Shown piece by piece: positions 12,925 to 27,443 of a stretch of 64,000 nucleotides of DNA. The translations under genes were made by a program, and so were the position numbers. The stretch's first letter is position 1. The number at the start of each line of letters is the position of its first letter. This stretch comes from the human T2T-CHM13v2.0 reference genome, Homo sapiens. The notes under the pieces were generated by a model, which saw nothing but the letters and a program-made list of their open reading frames with translations, was not told the origin of the DNA and did not search any database. The DNA lies in NCBI RefSeq assembly GCF_009914755.1, contig NC_060935.1; one strand, written 5' to 3'.

Positions 12925-15549
12925 CTAGTGGCTTTTTCTTTAGGGGCACCCACTAGATCTCTAACTGGCCATTTTCCCCCCACTCCCCAAACACATGGCT
13001 TTCCTATTAGCAAAGATTCACAAAAATGCTGATGGCTTTATAGATCAGTGCCCTTCTTCTGGCAAAGTCGAAAAGTGCTCCAAGGATAAGGATTTGCCAT
13101 CACTCAGGGAATTCAACAAGAGCACCTGTACACGAAACAGTTCCCAGCGACGCAATCACAGCAACTTCAGAATAAGCCCATGGGCATCCAGGGCGAGCCT
13201 ATGAGTGGGCAACACACATGGCATACGTGTTCCGCTGTTTGTCCAAGGTGTCCCATTTTTTTATTCAATACACATCACTATCATTCTGGGTTCTGTTTGA
13301 TTCGTCTCCTCTAGTGCTTAAACTGGGTATCACCATGAGCCCAGCATACTTGTTAAACTGATTCAAAGACTCGGGGTATCATACAACACACTTAACAACA
13401 GTTCATGCAGGATGAGTGCCTTTTATGCCAAGTAAGGAGACAAATGCCAATTGATTTACCTATGTCTGGAAGTAGGAAGTGGAGGAAGTAAAACATTTGG
13501 GTGTGCTGTACTAATACATTTCTGCACTTGTTCCCAAAGTCAAGTGGAAACTCCTCCAGGAAGCCTCCCCAGACCACCTGCCTGGATCTGGGCTCTAAGA
13601 CGTCTGTGCTCCCCTGTGCTTGCTCATCTCCTCGGGCAATCGGTTTTCATCGCCTGTTTTTGTGGCTCTCTGTGGACAAGCTGTAAACCCAGAGTACCTT
13701 CTTCCAGCCGGTCAGCATGACGCCCTTGGCCCTTGCTGCCAGTCTAACTGTGATCAAGAAAGGCAAACACGTTTTTATTACTTGCTTAAGCCAAGTGGAA
13801 TTAGGTAGGTAAATCTTCTGGGAGGAAAATCAATACATTCCAAAGCCGAATATCAATGATTTCTGAATTATCCTCTGCTTTTCTAAGATCTGTGCTGGTG
13901 TTTCTGTTTACGTTAAGCATCTTCCTGAGCCAGCTCCTGGGTGGACTTCTCCAACCAGAAGACAGTCAGCTCCCCAAGCAGGGAATCCTGTCTCCTGCCC
14001 ATTTCTTCCCATCATGCTTGAGAGAGTGCTTTTCATGGGGGTTTATCCCAAGTGCAGATGGTCTGATGCTCTGCTTTCCTCAAGAGTCTGGCCCCATCCC
14101 CATTTTCCCATCCTCTGCCCCCCACCAAACTCCCCATGCCCAGGGAAGCAAATCAGAGAGATGAAGGTTTACTTGACATGTCCTGTGCAGTCACAGGTAA
14201 TGCCCAAACCTCCTGCTCCCTGTCTAATTGGACCTGCTGCCTGGAAGTCCGATTTAATCAGCCTGTGATCACCACTGGGTTGAGGAGGTGGGGGTGGCTC
14301 AGGAAGAGGATGAGGCTCCCAGGCCTGGGCTCACGCTGTTGGTTGGCCCCAGCTGTGCGTGTGCACAATCAGCCTTTATTAACTATTACACTTCATTCCG
14401 GACAGCTGCCTGGGGAGAACATTGATTCATTCCCCAACCTTTTAGGCTGCCCTGGAACTCAGCGTTTCCATTTATTTATCTCCTTATTTCTGTGCACACG
14501 TGCAGGCTGGAGCTGGCCTGGGAAGATGGTGCTAAGAAATGGATTCAATTAGAAGCGCATGTCCCACATTCTTTCCTCAGACGTCCACCTTTTCTCGAGG
14601 CTCATTCCTGTGGTGGGTTTCCCTCGATCCCCGCACCTTGCATGCCTTCGGTAGATTCTCCACTGGAGGAAGCAAGTGCAGCACTTATATCCAAAGCAAC
14701 TTACGTTGCCGGTACTAGTTCAGATCCTCTCGGCTGTATTTAGCATATTTTCATAAGAATGCTGGTTCTGTCCTATTTTCTCATGACCTGAGCCCTGGTG
14801 TGTGCCTGGCAGGTGCTGTGGATAGCACCTGGGACATAGCTGGTGCTCCTTTCTGGCTTTCCAGCCAGGCCTGTCTCCAGACTGGGGGATCCTAGGTGGA
14901 CACTGGGGTGGAGTCACTACTGAAGGTAGGAAGTTTTGGGTTCTTTGGACGGGGGAAGCTGAAGCAGTACCCACGTTCTACAGCAAGGTAAGGGAGTTCT
15001 AGGTAGAGGCATTTCTGAAGGGCCAGAAGGAACTGCCATGATCCTCTCAGTGGATGGGGTCATCCCAAATGGCATGGGTACCACGTCCTCATGATTGGGG
15101 CCATGCATACCAGGTGCCAAGCCCTCTCACTGGATATTGATGGGATATTTGTCAAGGTAGTATCCCCGCAAGGTACCCCACCCAGATATCCCGCTGCAGA
15201 TTCAGGATCCCAATCTTCCATGAGGCACCCGACTAAGCACCCCTTTCTTCTGTATGGACTTGCAGAGAGGCAATTCCATCGTGGGAGGGCCGAGTGGTCC
15301 AAGCGGAAGAATATCCTCACAAAGCCCTCAGAGAGATGGCCCTTTAAATCTCTGCTTGTGTGTTCAGAGTCTCTCTGCTGCTACCAGCTGGGTGACTTTG
15401 GGCAAATCAGATGACCTCTCTGAGTCTGTATTTCTGCATTTGTAGAATGGGGCAAATCCTCCCTGGATGCTTGTCCTATAGGGATCCTAAGAACCACATG
15501 GAATGATCTGGGTGGGGTATAGATTTGTGCAAGGTAAAATATCTTATCA

Positions 15550-15775
15550 GGCAGAGAGTGGCGTGCTTAAGAGAGCAGATGCCAGAACCCGCTGCCTGGG
15601 CTCAAATCCTGGCTGTGCTGCTGCCTAGCTGTGTGACCTTGGGCAAGTTATCGCCCATTCTGTTTCCCATTTGTAAAAAGAAGATAGTAATAGCAACTCC
15701 TCCACAAGCATGTGATGAAGATGTATGAGTTAACATATGTGAAGAACTTAGAACACTGTGTGTTAGCGTTTATAA
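15550..15775 (+). mobile_element. MIR SINE, near full-length
   Basis: cctagctgtgtgaccttgggcaagtta ... gagttaacatatgtgaagaacttagaaca. Confidence 0.85.
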
Positions 15776-15791
15776 TTCTACTCAGGGATAG

Positions 15792-16152
<361 letters not shown>

Positions 16153-18254
16153 GGGGACCTGGGGGCTTCCTTTCCTCCAGACCTGGGTCCCAGTCTACAA
16201 TTAGGCATGTGAGAAGAAACCTGAAATCACTGTAAAGACAGGCCCGGCTGCGTGGTTGGTTTTCTAAGTGCAGGTCCCCCCTTTCCCCCCAGCAAAGGCC
16301 AAAACTGGAGCACCTCGGGCATCGTTTCTTGTTGGCGTAAAGGCCGGCTATTGACACCTGCTCTCATCCCTCATCCACCAGCGGCTCTGAAAGTAACCCA
16401 CAGACTCTCAGCTGGCCACTTCAGCCTCGGTCTTATCAATAATTCCTCCTGGTGAAATGCAAACTGCATCGAATGGCTCCCACTCCTGATTAGGATTCTC
16501 TCTCCATACTGAGTGGTCCCCACTCCAGGGCTGGCTTTTTATGAGTTGGGGGCTGGGGATGTGAAGGGGAACTGGGAAGTAGAGGAGGAAATAGCACTTT
16601 CGAGCTGCAGTTCTGCTAATGGGTTCCAAACCCACCAGATTCTCTCATAAAAAGTTTATCATGATTGAAACAGTAAAATAGAGCAGAGAGCCAATGAAAG
16701 GACTGGCAATATTATCACAAATTGGCAGAAAAAAAATCATTGCTAGTTTTGATTACAAAAAAAAAAAGCAATCATAAGAGAGGAAGGAAGAAGAAAGCCA
16801 CAGCATCAGATAGCAGAGTTTTTACAATTCGAAGGCAGGGAATGAGGCAGAGATATTAGACATGGTTCTGACATGTTCCAGACCTCTCCTTTATCTTTAC
16901 AAAAGGGGTAAGGAAAGCGTTTGGACCAGGGCTAGGGAGATTCTTCTGCCATTCAACATCTCAACTGTACTTCAATGCAAGTGGCTCTGGACACCTGTGG
17001 GGCATGCGAGTGAGGTCTGGGAGATATCTGGTTTCTCCTCCAGTCGCCTTTCCCTTGTTACCATAGCAGGTCCCAAACCTGCCTCTCCAGCCCTCTTTTT
17101 CCCAAAGGGTCCAGGGGGGTTCCATTGCCACAACTGCACAGACGGGGTGCTCCTGGGACCAGTCCTTCCTAACCCCTCAGAAGCTGTCGCACCTCCAGCC
17201 CAATCAGCCTCCATCACAGGTGGCCAGGGAGGGCCTAGAGCTGTCTGGATGGACCAGCAGCTGCTCAGCAGATGTCTCCCCCAGCAAGCAGTGTGGGTGG
17301 GAGCTTCACTTTACAGGGCCAGGTGGCAGGGCCGCACTCTGCTACCCGATGGGACGGCACTGGGAGCTGCGGGCTCCCAGAGGGCCCAGTGTTATGCCTT
17401 TGGGAAACGGGCTTGTAGGTGGGCTAGGAGTGCCACCCAAGCTGCTGTCAATATCCCCACCAGATGTCCATCTCAAAGGGGTGTGGCCGAGCCACGAGAA
17501 GGCTAAGTGAAGGAGGGTCCCACCGGGACAGGGGAGGCCGGGTAGAGAGCACTGGGAGGGGAGCCAGGAGGCCCGGAGACCCCTGATCAGTGATGGACTT
17601 GGCTCAATCATTTCATCTTGCTGGGTGGTGGTTTCTTCACATCTCCCACAAAGGTTTGAGTAAGTCCAAGTCTTAGGTTTGAATCTCCAAGTCTCCTTTT
17701 GGCTCTGATATCCTCAATTTGTGATGATGGCATGTAAAAGAGGACATTTCTCATGGTCTCAGAATTTCTTCAGGAGCCTAAAGCTGAGAATCATAGGCGA
17801 CAAGGACCTCTAGATTCTAAGAAGAGGTGCTAGACTTCTAAGAAGGGCTTGCCAAGGGCTGGGGTCGGGGGCTGGTTCTGAGCCCCTGAGCCCATCACAG
17901 CTCCAGTCTGGGTAAAATAAATAGAATGGGCATCGAATGAGATGGTGGAATGAGGCTCTTTTTGAACAGAGTAGGGCATTCTGTGGGTTCCCTGTGTGTG
18001 TCAGAAGAATGGGTCCCATCTGTGGTCCTGTGAGCCCAGGAAAGCCAGGGAGGGAGCAGGGGGCAGGGAGAGGGGAGGGTGCTGAGGAAGTCCTGGGGCG
18101 GGAGAATGAGGCATGGGTTCTGTGGCTGCGGGGCAGGGGCTGGTGAGGACCCTGGCTTGTGGGCAGAGGGAGCAGAGAAGGTTCTGGAGGGCTGCAGGAC
18201 CATGGGGAGCTTCTGCTTACCAAGGGGCAAGTAGACATCATGCAGGGCAGAAGG

Positions 18255-18480
18255 GACAATAACCATGGCTAACTTCTACTGAGCACTTTCTACGCACCAG
18301 GCTCTGTTTGAAGGACAGATATGCTAACAAAACACATTTATTAACCCCATTTTACAGCTAAGGTAACTGAGGCACAGACAGGTGAAGGGACTTGCCCAAG
18401 GCTGCCGAGCTACTGAGCATTAGAGGAGGGACACAACCCCAGGCAGCCTTGCTCCAGAGCCCTGATCTTCACCCCTGTGC
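18255..18480 (-). mobile_element. MIR SINE
   Basis: ccccattttacagctaaggtaactgaggcacaga ... gacttgcccaagg. Confidence 0.8.
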
Positions 18481-18929
18481 TGCACCGCGCCTCTGACAGA
18501 GCTGTCTCAAAGGACTCCACTCACGAGGACTGCCTGCCGAAGAAAGAGGCTGTGCGGTGTGTCCTAGAACAGAGCTAAGGGGGACTCCGGAGATCAACCA
18601 AAAAGGTCATTGCCTGCATGGGGAGCAGTGCAGTGTTAAAGGCCCAGAGAGCTTCCTCCAAATAACTCACAATATCTTCCATGAGAGAGAGGGCGGCTGA
18701 CAAGCTCGCTCTACCAGCTGCAGCCACTAAGTACAATGACCCTTTCACCCTCTTCCTCTCATCCCTCCTCCCAGCCTGGAGTCAGCTGGGGAATGGTGAA
18801 GCCAGGAGAGATAGCCCCCATTTTTCTCCTGGTGGGTTACCCAGCCTAAGTGAGCCCCAGGCTACAGGGTGGGGTGGCGGGCGGGAGGAGAAGCCTTGAT
18901 AGATGAGGGTTTGCAGTTTTGATTTAGAT

Positions 18930-19480
18930 TTGTGAACAAGTATTTACTGAGTGTCTACTATGTGCAGAAACTGTTTTAGGACATGAGGATATGGCAAAGA
19001 ATAAAATGGACAAAATCTTTGCCCTCTTGGAGTTTACAGTGGAGGGGTAAACTAAACAAACAAGAAAATACCTTGTAGGTCAAATGGTGTTAAGTAGTTA
19101 GGTACCATGGAAGGGGCGTTGAGCAGGGAAGGTTGGGGGGCAGCTGTATTTGAGAGAGGGTCAGGGAAAGCATTTCCGAAAAGGTGACATTCCTGAGAGT
19201 CCTGAAGGTAGTGAGTGAGTGTGCCACATGGGTACCTAGTGGAAGAACACTCCAGGAAGCAGAACGGGGGATAGCAAGTTCCAAGGCCAGGGGCCAGCAC
19301 AGGTTGGCGTCTTTCAGGACAATGGCATGCGCCAGAAGGCGGATGGGGAGAAGTGGCAGGAGATGAGGACAAAGAGGAGCAGGGCGTAGGGCCAGGCTGA
19401 GCAGGGCCTTGTAGGCGAGGACTTTGGCTTCTACTCGGAATGGGGCAACAGCCAAGAGAGGGTTTTGAATAGGATTGTAA
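18930..19480 (-). mobile_element. L2 LINE 3' fragment
   Basis: aacaagtatttactgagtgtctactatgtgc ... gcagggccttgtaggc ... gagggttttgaatagg. Confidence 0.8.
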
Positions 19481-21819
19481 AGAGTTTTCAATACTACAGA
19501 GTGAGAGAGCAGAAATGCTACTGGATTGTCTGCAAATGAGTGCCAGAGGCAGGTTCAAGCGGAGAACATCTGCAGCCAAAGTGATGGCACACATATGGGG
19601 GAGGGGCTCCTCCCAGGCTCAGCGGCCTCATTGCCTTCCGCTGAATGGAAGGCCACTTCAGGTCGGCCTGGGCCAGAGCAGAGGCCAGGGCTCACTGCCA
19701 CTCCAGAGGCTGACTTTGGGTCTGGCCACTGTGGGACGATGCGTGTTAGGCACGGAGCAGAGGGAGAGCTGAAAGTGGTCTTAGATCCCCTGGGCCCAGC
19801 AGGCTTGTGGCTTAACCATAGAGCCTCTCTGCCCTAGAGGCCCAGGCAGAGACCTAGCAGACACCAGGATTCATGAACCAGGCAGCTGGTGCGGCGGTCG
19901 GAGCTGCGGCTGTGCAGTCAGCAGCCCTTCCTCCCCAGAGAGGGTCAGGGGAACTTCCAGGAGGAGAGGCACTCAGAAGGCCTGACAGACTGGGTTGCAT
20001 TCAAAGGAGGCTCCACCAAGGGCTATTTTGAAACTTGGCTGTGATTGCTGGGTGATGGGTGCTTTTTCCAGCCCTTGGTGAGCAGTAATTTCTCTGACAA
20101 CCTTGGCCATACCCGGTACCCCAGCATAGCCTGCTCATATTCCTAAAGCTGCCAGCTGCTCCACCCTTTCTCAGGTGGTTTCTAGCTCTCCTCCTGGGGG
20201 CCCTGGGCCTCTGCCCTACCTCACCTTCACCTTCCCTGCTGTCTAGGCTCAAAGTCTATTCTAATGTAATCCACAAAAAGCCTGCCTGAGTTCCCTTGGA
20301 TTCCTGGGGAGGCCAGAACAACAGCAGCAGCCTACAAACCCAGCAGGCCGATTTGTTTCAAAGAGGGGAAACTAAGCTTAGCAAACTTTTCCCGTTAGAA
20401 TGTACATCATGTGCCCACCAGGAAGAGCAGTCCCTCCACAATGATTATAAAGAATTCAGATGTCAGATATGAGACCCTCCTCTCCATGACACAGATGTCC
20501 AGGGAGCAGCAAGACTCTTGGGTCATGTTCTGTGATGCCCTGGACTTTGCTGGGTCTTTGCCTGGCCTGAGTCCTAGCTGTTTGGATTCCCATTTCCTTC
20601 CACTCTCAGCACCTTTTGTCACCTCTCTGGGCTTTCCTCAGTTGCTTGTCCATCAGTGAAGATAATGCCTTCTCTAAGCTGAAGAGACAGCCCGACCATG
20701 AGATCTCTAGAGTTCCAGCCTAGCTCTGCCATCCAGGTTCCTTTCTCTTGCTGTCCTCCTGAGCTAGAATGTGGCAGATTTTTTTCCATCATGCAAATGG
20801 GACCCCCAACCAGGAAAACCCAAGTGACTTGTCCCAGTCCACACTGGCAGTAGGAAGCAGAACCCATGCCTTCCAGCCCCCAAGCCTGGTGGTCCTGCTG
20901 TGGCCCCTGACCCTCCTGTGGGTGCAGAGCCCCTGTAGCCCTGAGGGACATGGCACAGGGAGTCCCACTCCCCTGCACAAGGTCCCCTCAGATCCTGGCT
21001 AGGCCACAGAGCAGAAAGTGTAGGGGTCTTCCCAGAGTGGGGCATGCCAGCTGTGAGAGCTTCTCAGGGATCTGGAAAGCTCTCCAAAGGAAGGCATGGA
21101 GGTGCAGCTCCAGGGCTGGGAGGGACTTCTGTGGGGGAGAACTGACTCAGGCTGGGGTCCATGATAAGGCAGCCAGCAGAGCAGCCTTCCCATCATCGCT
21201 GTGGCCTGTGCTGGCCAGGCTGCCATGGTGGTTGTCTGCTCCCATTCCTCAGTGGGATCACCAGGGCTTGTAAGGACAGCCTCTCCAGGGCCAGGCTTCC
21301 CAAATCCTTCCGCTTTGCCAAGGAAAGATCAAACAGGGTACCTTGGGAGGCTCTGATGGGTCAAGCAGGCTCACGCCCCCTGCCAGGCAGGGTCCGTTCC
21401 CCTCCCCTACAAAGGGGCTGGACCTGCAGCAGTGAGAACAGCAGTGACAGCTGCGGTGACAACCCAGGGGAAGAAGATCTGGCCAGCTCTTGAAGCACAG
21501 AGCCTGACGAGGTGAAGCCCAAGGGTGGCAAGTTACTCAAAGAGCATGGGGAAGGGGGACTGTCCCAGAGCTGACCACTGAAGAGGGGCCTCTGCTCCCC
21601 ACATTCCCTCATCCTCCCTCATTCGGACCCTGGATTCTCATCTTGCATTTTCCAGGCTAAATATCCGCCAGCTGTCTGGGTCCCAGGGACACAAAACACG
21701 CATCTGCAAACCCACCCTTCTCTCTCCCACCCACGCCCTCCAAGCTCTGTTGACTCCCAGCAAACCCCTTTGTGAACACATGGACCTGGTAGGGTCCAAC
21801 AAGGCTTTTGGGGCTTGCC

Positions 21820-21975
21820 ACTCACCTAGTGTGGTCCCTGAGCCAGCAGCATCGGCATCACCTGAACCCTCTTTAGAAATGCAGAATCTCCAGCCCCTCC
21901 TGGGCCCACAAACTCAAAAAAATCTGCATTTTAACAAGCGCTCTGGGTGATTCTTACGTGCATTCATAAGCATTC
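21820..21975. mobile_element. MER5A-like DNA transposon
   Basis: gtgtggtccctgagccagcagcatcggcatcacctg...agaaatgcagaatctc...aatctgcattttaacaag. Confidence 0.8.
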
Positions 21976-24109
21976 CTATGTGCTTTGGGGACATGGCCTG
22001 CCCCCTCCTTGAAGGCCCTCTGGCTTGACCACAGGGCAGTGAAGTCCTGTGCAACTGGGAAATGCTTCCCTTTTGCAGGCTATTCCAAGGCAGGCCCCTC
22101 TGGACAAGCTGCAGGATTTCAAGTTGGAAAAACAGTCTCTTGACACTCCAGGGCTTTATTGAATTTCCATTTTTAATTTGCAGAGTAGAGATGGCTGCTT
22201 GGAGACTGCGTTCTCCTCCATGGCTACCCTGCCTCTCTTCCCAGTTCCAGCATCCTCCTCTCTCCCCACTTAAAAAGGAAACAGAAAACCCACATGGGAA
22301 TGGCATTAGTGGATACTGCTTCTTTAATTAATTTAATAAATTAATCCTTGGACTTTTTTCTTCACTGTCTCCTTGGAAGTCCCTCCTAAGGCACTGGGCA
22401 GAATCACAAACACCCACATCAAATCCTCCAGCCCCCGGGAGTCTCTTCCGTTAATACCACTACAGACTGATAGAATTATTTAAGCTCCTAACTGGTTGCC
22501 CTGTCCCAGTCTCTCTCTCCACATCCCCGCTTGGGAACCACAGTGAACTTTCTAAAACACACATTTGATCTTGTCACTCCCGCTTCATTCTTTAGTGTCC
22601 TCTTATCACCTACAGAGTGGTTCTCGATGACAGTAAGACCCTACCCCCTTTAGGAAGTTGGGGGCTGTTTATGGTTGTCACAAAGATGCCTGGGTGCCAG
22701 CGGTCCTCCTCAGCACCCTGCTGTGTACAGGATGGCCCAGGAGGACAAGGAATTGTCCTCCTCCAATGGCAGCAGCGCTCTGTTCAGCCACACGTGAGAT
22801 GCAGCTCATCTTCCTTGGGGAGGTGAATGAGGCCACCCGTCTGGCCTCCGCTGCCTGTCCAGCCCTGTCCAGAAACCTCTTCATCACTGCTGCCTTCCCT
22901 CCTTCCCACCTGCTCCAGCCATGAACTTGAACCTGAAGACACCCTCCCATGAGCCACTCATTCCCCTCTGCCTGACCGTGCCTCTGTGCTTCTTCCCCTA
23001 CCTCACCTAGAAGAGTTCCTGCCCATCCTTCTTCCAGATGCCACCTCTCCCATGGCCCATCCAGGAGAGAGGTAAATGAGGCTTTTCTGTATGTCTCTGA
23101 ATTTCAGTTGAAGCCAAATTCTTGAGGACAATAGGTGAAAAGAACTCCTACATTCTACTGAGAGGTGCTGGCTCCTGCTACACCTGGACATCCTGCACCC
23201 TGACTTGACACCCCCTCCAGCCCATGCATAAAGGCTGGAAAAGGATTCTTCCAAGGGAGGGACAGCTGGTAGGTGAAACTTACCCCTCGCTCCCAGCCAA
23301 GCCTGGAGAGAATATGTTCCATGTCCCCAAGTCTGGAGGTGACAGAGACAGGTACATGACTCTCTCAGGAAAAACTGTGAAGGCCAGAGGCTGGCTGGAG
23401 GGAGGAAGGAAGGGAGAGAACTGCCCTGAGCCTGCTGTCTCCTGGCTCCCATTCTACTGATGAGGAAACTGAGGCCCGAAGAGACCAGGTGACTTGTCCA
23501 AGATCACATTGTTATTAAACAGCTGAAAGAGAAATCAGACCCAGATCTGTCCCACTTTACACCATAATGTCCCTCTGCTCCTCCACAGAGGACTTGCCCC
23601 TTTCCTGGCCAGTTTCACTCATTCATCCATTCATTCATTCATTCACCTTTAGTTATACCTTCATTCCACCAACCAGGAAGTATTTATTGAACAACCACTG
23701 TTATTTATTTGTTTGACTAATTTGTATCTTACCCTGCTCCAATAGGAATTAGAGGCAGCTTATAAAGACACCTGCAGTGTCATAAAATGTGATGGGATGA
23801 GGGATGAGGTCTGAAAAGAGGGAGTGCCAACAACTGAGCGATAAGGAAAATAGCACAGAAGACAGAGCACGGTTGGTCCCAGGACGTCCCAGCCTGCATC
23901 TTTTCTCTAGGTCAGTGGTAAACTGGACTGCACGCCTCTAAGTTGAAAAGGCTAAGAGCACAAGACCTACTGCGTGTAAAGTGATCTGCTAGTCTCTCTG
24001 GAACATGCAGAGGAGAGCCGAGTTCAGTCATCTGCGAGTTTCTCGACATCACTTCAAAGTTTGCAAAGCTCAACGACATGCAGCTCCATATTCGAGTCTC
24101 CTTATAACC

Positions 24110-24425
24110 CTGTAGGAGATGGAAGCTCAGAGAGGTGAGTGACCAACCCAAGGTCACACAGCTGGTGGATAAAAGAGGCCTTCTGCTTCCAGGCTTTTTC
24201 CTGTAGAGCAGAGGGGTCGAGCTTGTAGCCTCTCGGGCCAAATGCCTGGGCTCATATAATGGATTCACTACTACTTGAAGGATGTGTGACTTTGGGCAAG
24301 TGACTCAACCTCTCTAAGCCTCAGTTTCCTCATATACAATGTGGGAGAAATACAGTACACATTTTTATAAGTGAGCAGTGTCCTTAAAACTCCTGGCTCA
24401 TAGGCAGTATGGAATAAATGTTAGC
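24110..24425. mobile_element. Two oppositely oriented MIR fragments
   Basis: Antisense core near 24110-24200. Sense core gtgtgactttgggcaagtgactcaacctctctaagcctcagtttcct near 24285-24330. Confidence 0.7.
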
Positions 24426-25018
24426 TGTCATAATTTTATCACACAGCTGGCTGTCTCCTGTCATCACCCCCACCCAGGGTCCCAATACCTTCTTTCAAGG
24501 ACACAGAAGGGTGGTACACATAGACACGTATGTGCACAAATGCAGGCAGATATATGTGTGCTGTTGTCATCCTCAAGCCAGGAAGTAGTGATTTTCTTAT
24601 CAATACCTTGCCTTTCTTTCTCCCTGGAGATGGATAACAAGGAATAAACTCTTAGGAGGATTCTACCTCCCACTACTGCCATTCCAAGCATCAGTCCCTT
24701 TCTCCTGACCCATGGATGTACTGACTCACTTCCCAAAGGGTGGAGCCTTCCCAAGTCCCTGTGCCCATGTGCCAATCACAGGGACCCCAGCAGGGTTTGT
24801 GCACAGGGAGAGCAAAAGAGGGACAGATCACACGTGATGTTTTGTATGGATCTTTCCCTTCTCCTTCTTTCTCCCCACCTCACCTCCCACCAGTGGCCTC
24901 TCCCACTGCCAGCCAGTGCCTTGCTCAGAACCTACCTCTTCCTCCTACACAGAAAGGTATGAAACCCATCAGCGCTTGTTTTTAGCTGGGAACAAACTGT
25001 TCACACATTTCATTAACT

Positions 25019-25050
25019 AAAAAAAAAAAAAAAAAAAAAAAAAGAAAAAA
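25019..25050 (+). repeat. Poly-A tract not attached to a recognisable SINE
   Basis: A24 followed by gaaaaaaa. Confidence 0.9.
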
Positions 25051-27418
25051 AGAGGAAGAGGGTGTGTGGGGTGAAGACGCTAGGATATCAAAACCATTTA
25101 ACTCAATTATATACAGAGATGCAGAGTTAGCAAAGAGCAGAGAGAGAGAGAGAGAAGGAGATGACGGAGTTTCATTAAAAAAAGAAAAGACAGATATGGA
25201 TGGAGGTGGCCCCTCCTGTCTTTGTGCTAGTTCTTCTGTTCTGATGTGTCTGTCTAATGTAAAATGTATTGCTGAATGTTAAACACTTTTAAGCCAAGAA
25301 TGTAAAATTGAAAGGTGTTTGTGTGTGCTTGAGAACAAATAGAACATGAGGTGTTGAGTGGAGTCTGACCCCTTTCTTCATATATTGCTGGGGCTTTGCC
25401 CAGTGCTCAGATCTTTAGCCAAAGGGAGAGACTGGAGTTTGCCTGACTAATTGCTCCACAGAGGGAGGAAGGTTCCAAAGTCCCTTCTTCAAGTAGCCAA
25501 AGTGGGCCCCAGTGGAGATGCCAGGGCCGGTCCAGCCGGTGCTCTGAGCCTGTCATGGGAAAACTTGGCAATAGAGGAGGTCTCCTGTTGAGGCCCCTGT
25601 CCCAGGAGGCCTGAGGCCCAAGGGCAGAGCTGGACCAGGCCTGGAGAGTAACCAAGGCCTTCCGTGACATCGAGGCACCTAGGGATCTCCCCAGGGCTTC
25701 CTTCAGGCCTCTCAACATTCACTGGCATTGGATCACACAGTGGGCGATAGACTTGTGAGGGAAGCTGTAGGAGTCAGGATTTCAGAGCTGGAAGGAATCT
25801 CAAAGATCATTTCATCAGGCTCTTTCCTAAGATGAAGCTCAGACAGGCTGTGTGATTTATCCAAGGTCACACAGAAAATTAACGGTCAGAGCTGGAATCC
25901 AGGCCTCCTGATTCCCAGAAAGCGGCTATCTTCATGTCTCCACCCTTCCGCTTAATTCCTTACCTCCTCTCCCTACCTCCCCTAGTCAGGTTAGCAGAAA
26001 ACAGGGTCAGGGTGGAGGCCCAGGCAGGGTCATGGGCAGGGCATGCACAGTTGGGCCCAGGTAGAGTGATGGGGCACATATGCCCCCAGGGGCAGACCTG
26101 GGGTCCCAGCACCCCTAGGTAAGAGGGTCTGTGGTGGGATTCAGAGGGGATGGGGTTCCAGCACGGGTGCCTACAAATATTCCAGAAGAACTCAAAGGTT
26201 TGCTTTCTACCCCTGGAGCTGTTGTGAGCTCTGAGCTCCCCGGGAGGAGACGGAAAGCACGCGTACCTCTGGGTGACTTCCAGTGGTAGCTCAAACTCTC
26301 TGAGCCTTTCCTTATCTGCATACTTACCCTGCCTGGTCCCAGGGGTGTGGCTAGGTAAGCTGCAGGTTGAAAAATGTCTGGGAAGTTGTACAGTCCTGTC
26401 ATTCGTGAAGGGAGAGGATGACTGCTAGCAGTGGTATGATGACTGTCTAGGGGGCCATGAGAACAGACACTTAGCACCTGCTGCATTTGAGGCTCATTTT
26501 TGGAAAGCAGGACCTGGAAAGAGCTTGGGCCCCTGAAGACTGCTATGATCTACAGCCTTGAGGATGGGAGGGAGGGTTCTGATGCTGCATCTGTGCCACT
26601 GGACCCAAAGCCAGTAAATGTTGGGACAAGGCTGCAGGGAAGAGAAGGTGAGATCCAGAATTGAGGTACCAGGTTCCCTCCCCACTACAGGAGCCCCAGC
26701 TCCTGCCAAAGACCTCCATGGGCTGACATGGTTGAGCCTGACCTTGAACTATGTGGAGAGATGGAGCTGGGAAGGAGTGATAGGGCTGGGTGGATCACCC
26801 TTAGCTTAGAGTTTAGTAACTCCAGGGTGTCCCAGTACTGACCTGCTCTCAGCATATGGGCAGAGGTGCGGTCAAGTGCTCATACCGCCCTCTGTTGAGT
26901 CTCAGGTGGGATTAGTTCCCAGAGGACAGCACAATGCATGATTGGGTCTGACCCTTCCTTCTGCACAAGTGGTAACTGGGCCTCAGAAAGAAGCAGGCAC
27001 TGGGCCTGATCCCACCAGTGGCAGAGCCAAGAGCAGGAGCCTTCGCACTGCGGGTCCACAGCTGCCATTGCTCCATCAGCCTCCCCAGCCCTGGTCCCTG
27101 CCCTACACTGCAGAGTCCTGGGCACATGCCCCCCGGCACCTGGAGCCTCCTCTCCTTGCAAAGTTCTCTTGGCCTGCTTGTGGCCAATTTGGTCATACTC
27201 AGGTGTAAATGACTACGGCACCTTCAAGAGTCCTTTCCGGTGGGCACCTGCATATAAAGGGAATCCAGAATTTTAAGGAAGAGGCAGGCACATGCCTGGG
27301 AGCGGGAGAAAGAGGCAGAGGGGTTCTCAGGACCCTCAGGGCCTCAGAGATCTGACCACAGAGGCAAGGACCACCCAGGCCACCAGGTGAAGCTCATCTG
27401 CCATACCATCTACAAGCC

Positions 27419-27443
27419 TGATGATGACGATGATGATGATGAT
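27419..27443. repeat. (GAT)n microsatellite
   Basis: tgatgatgacgatgatgatgatgat. Confidence 0.85.

Noticed and set aside
16862-17506. 214-aa ORF
   Set aside because: Composition is typical of GC-rich non-coding DNA. No recognisable domain or exon structure.
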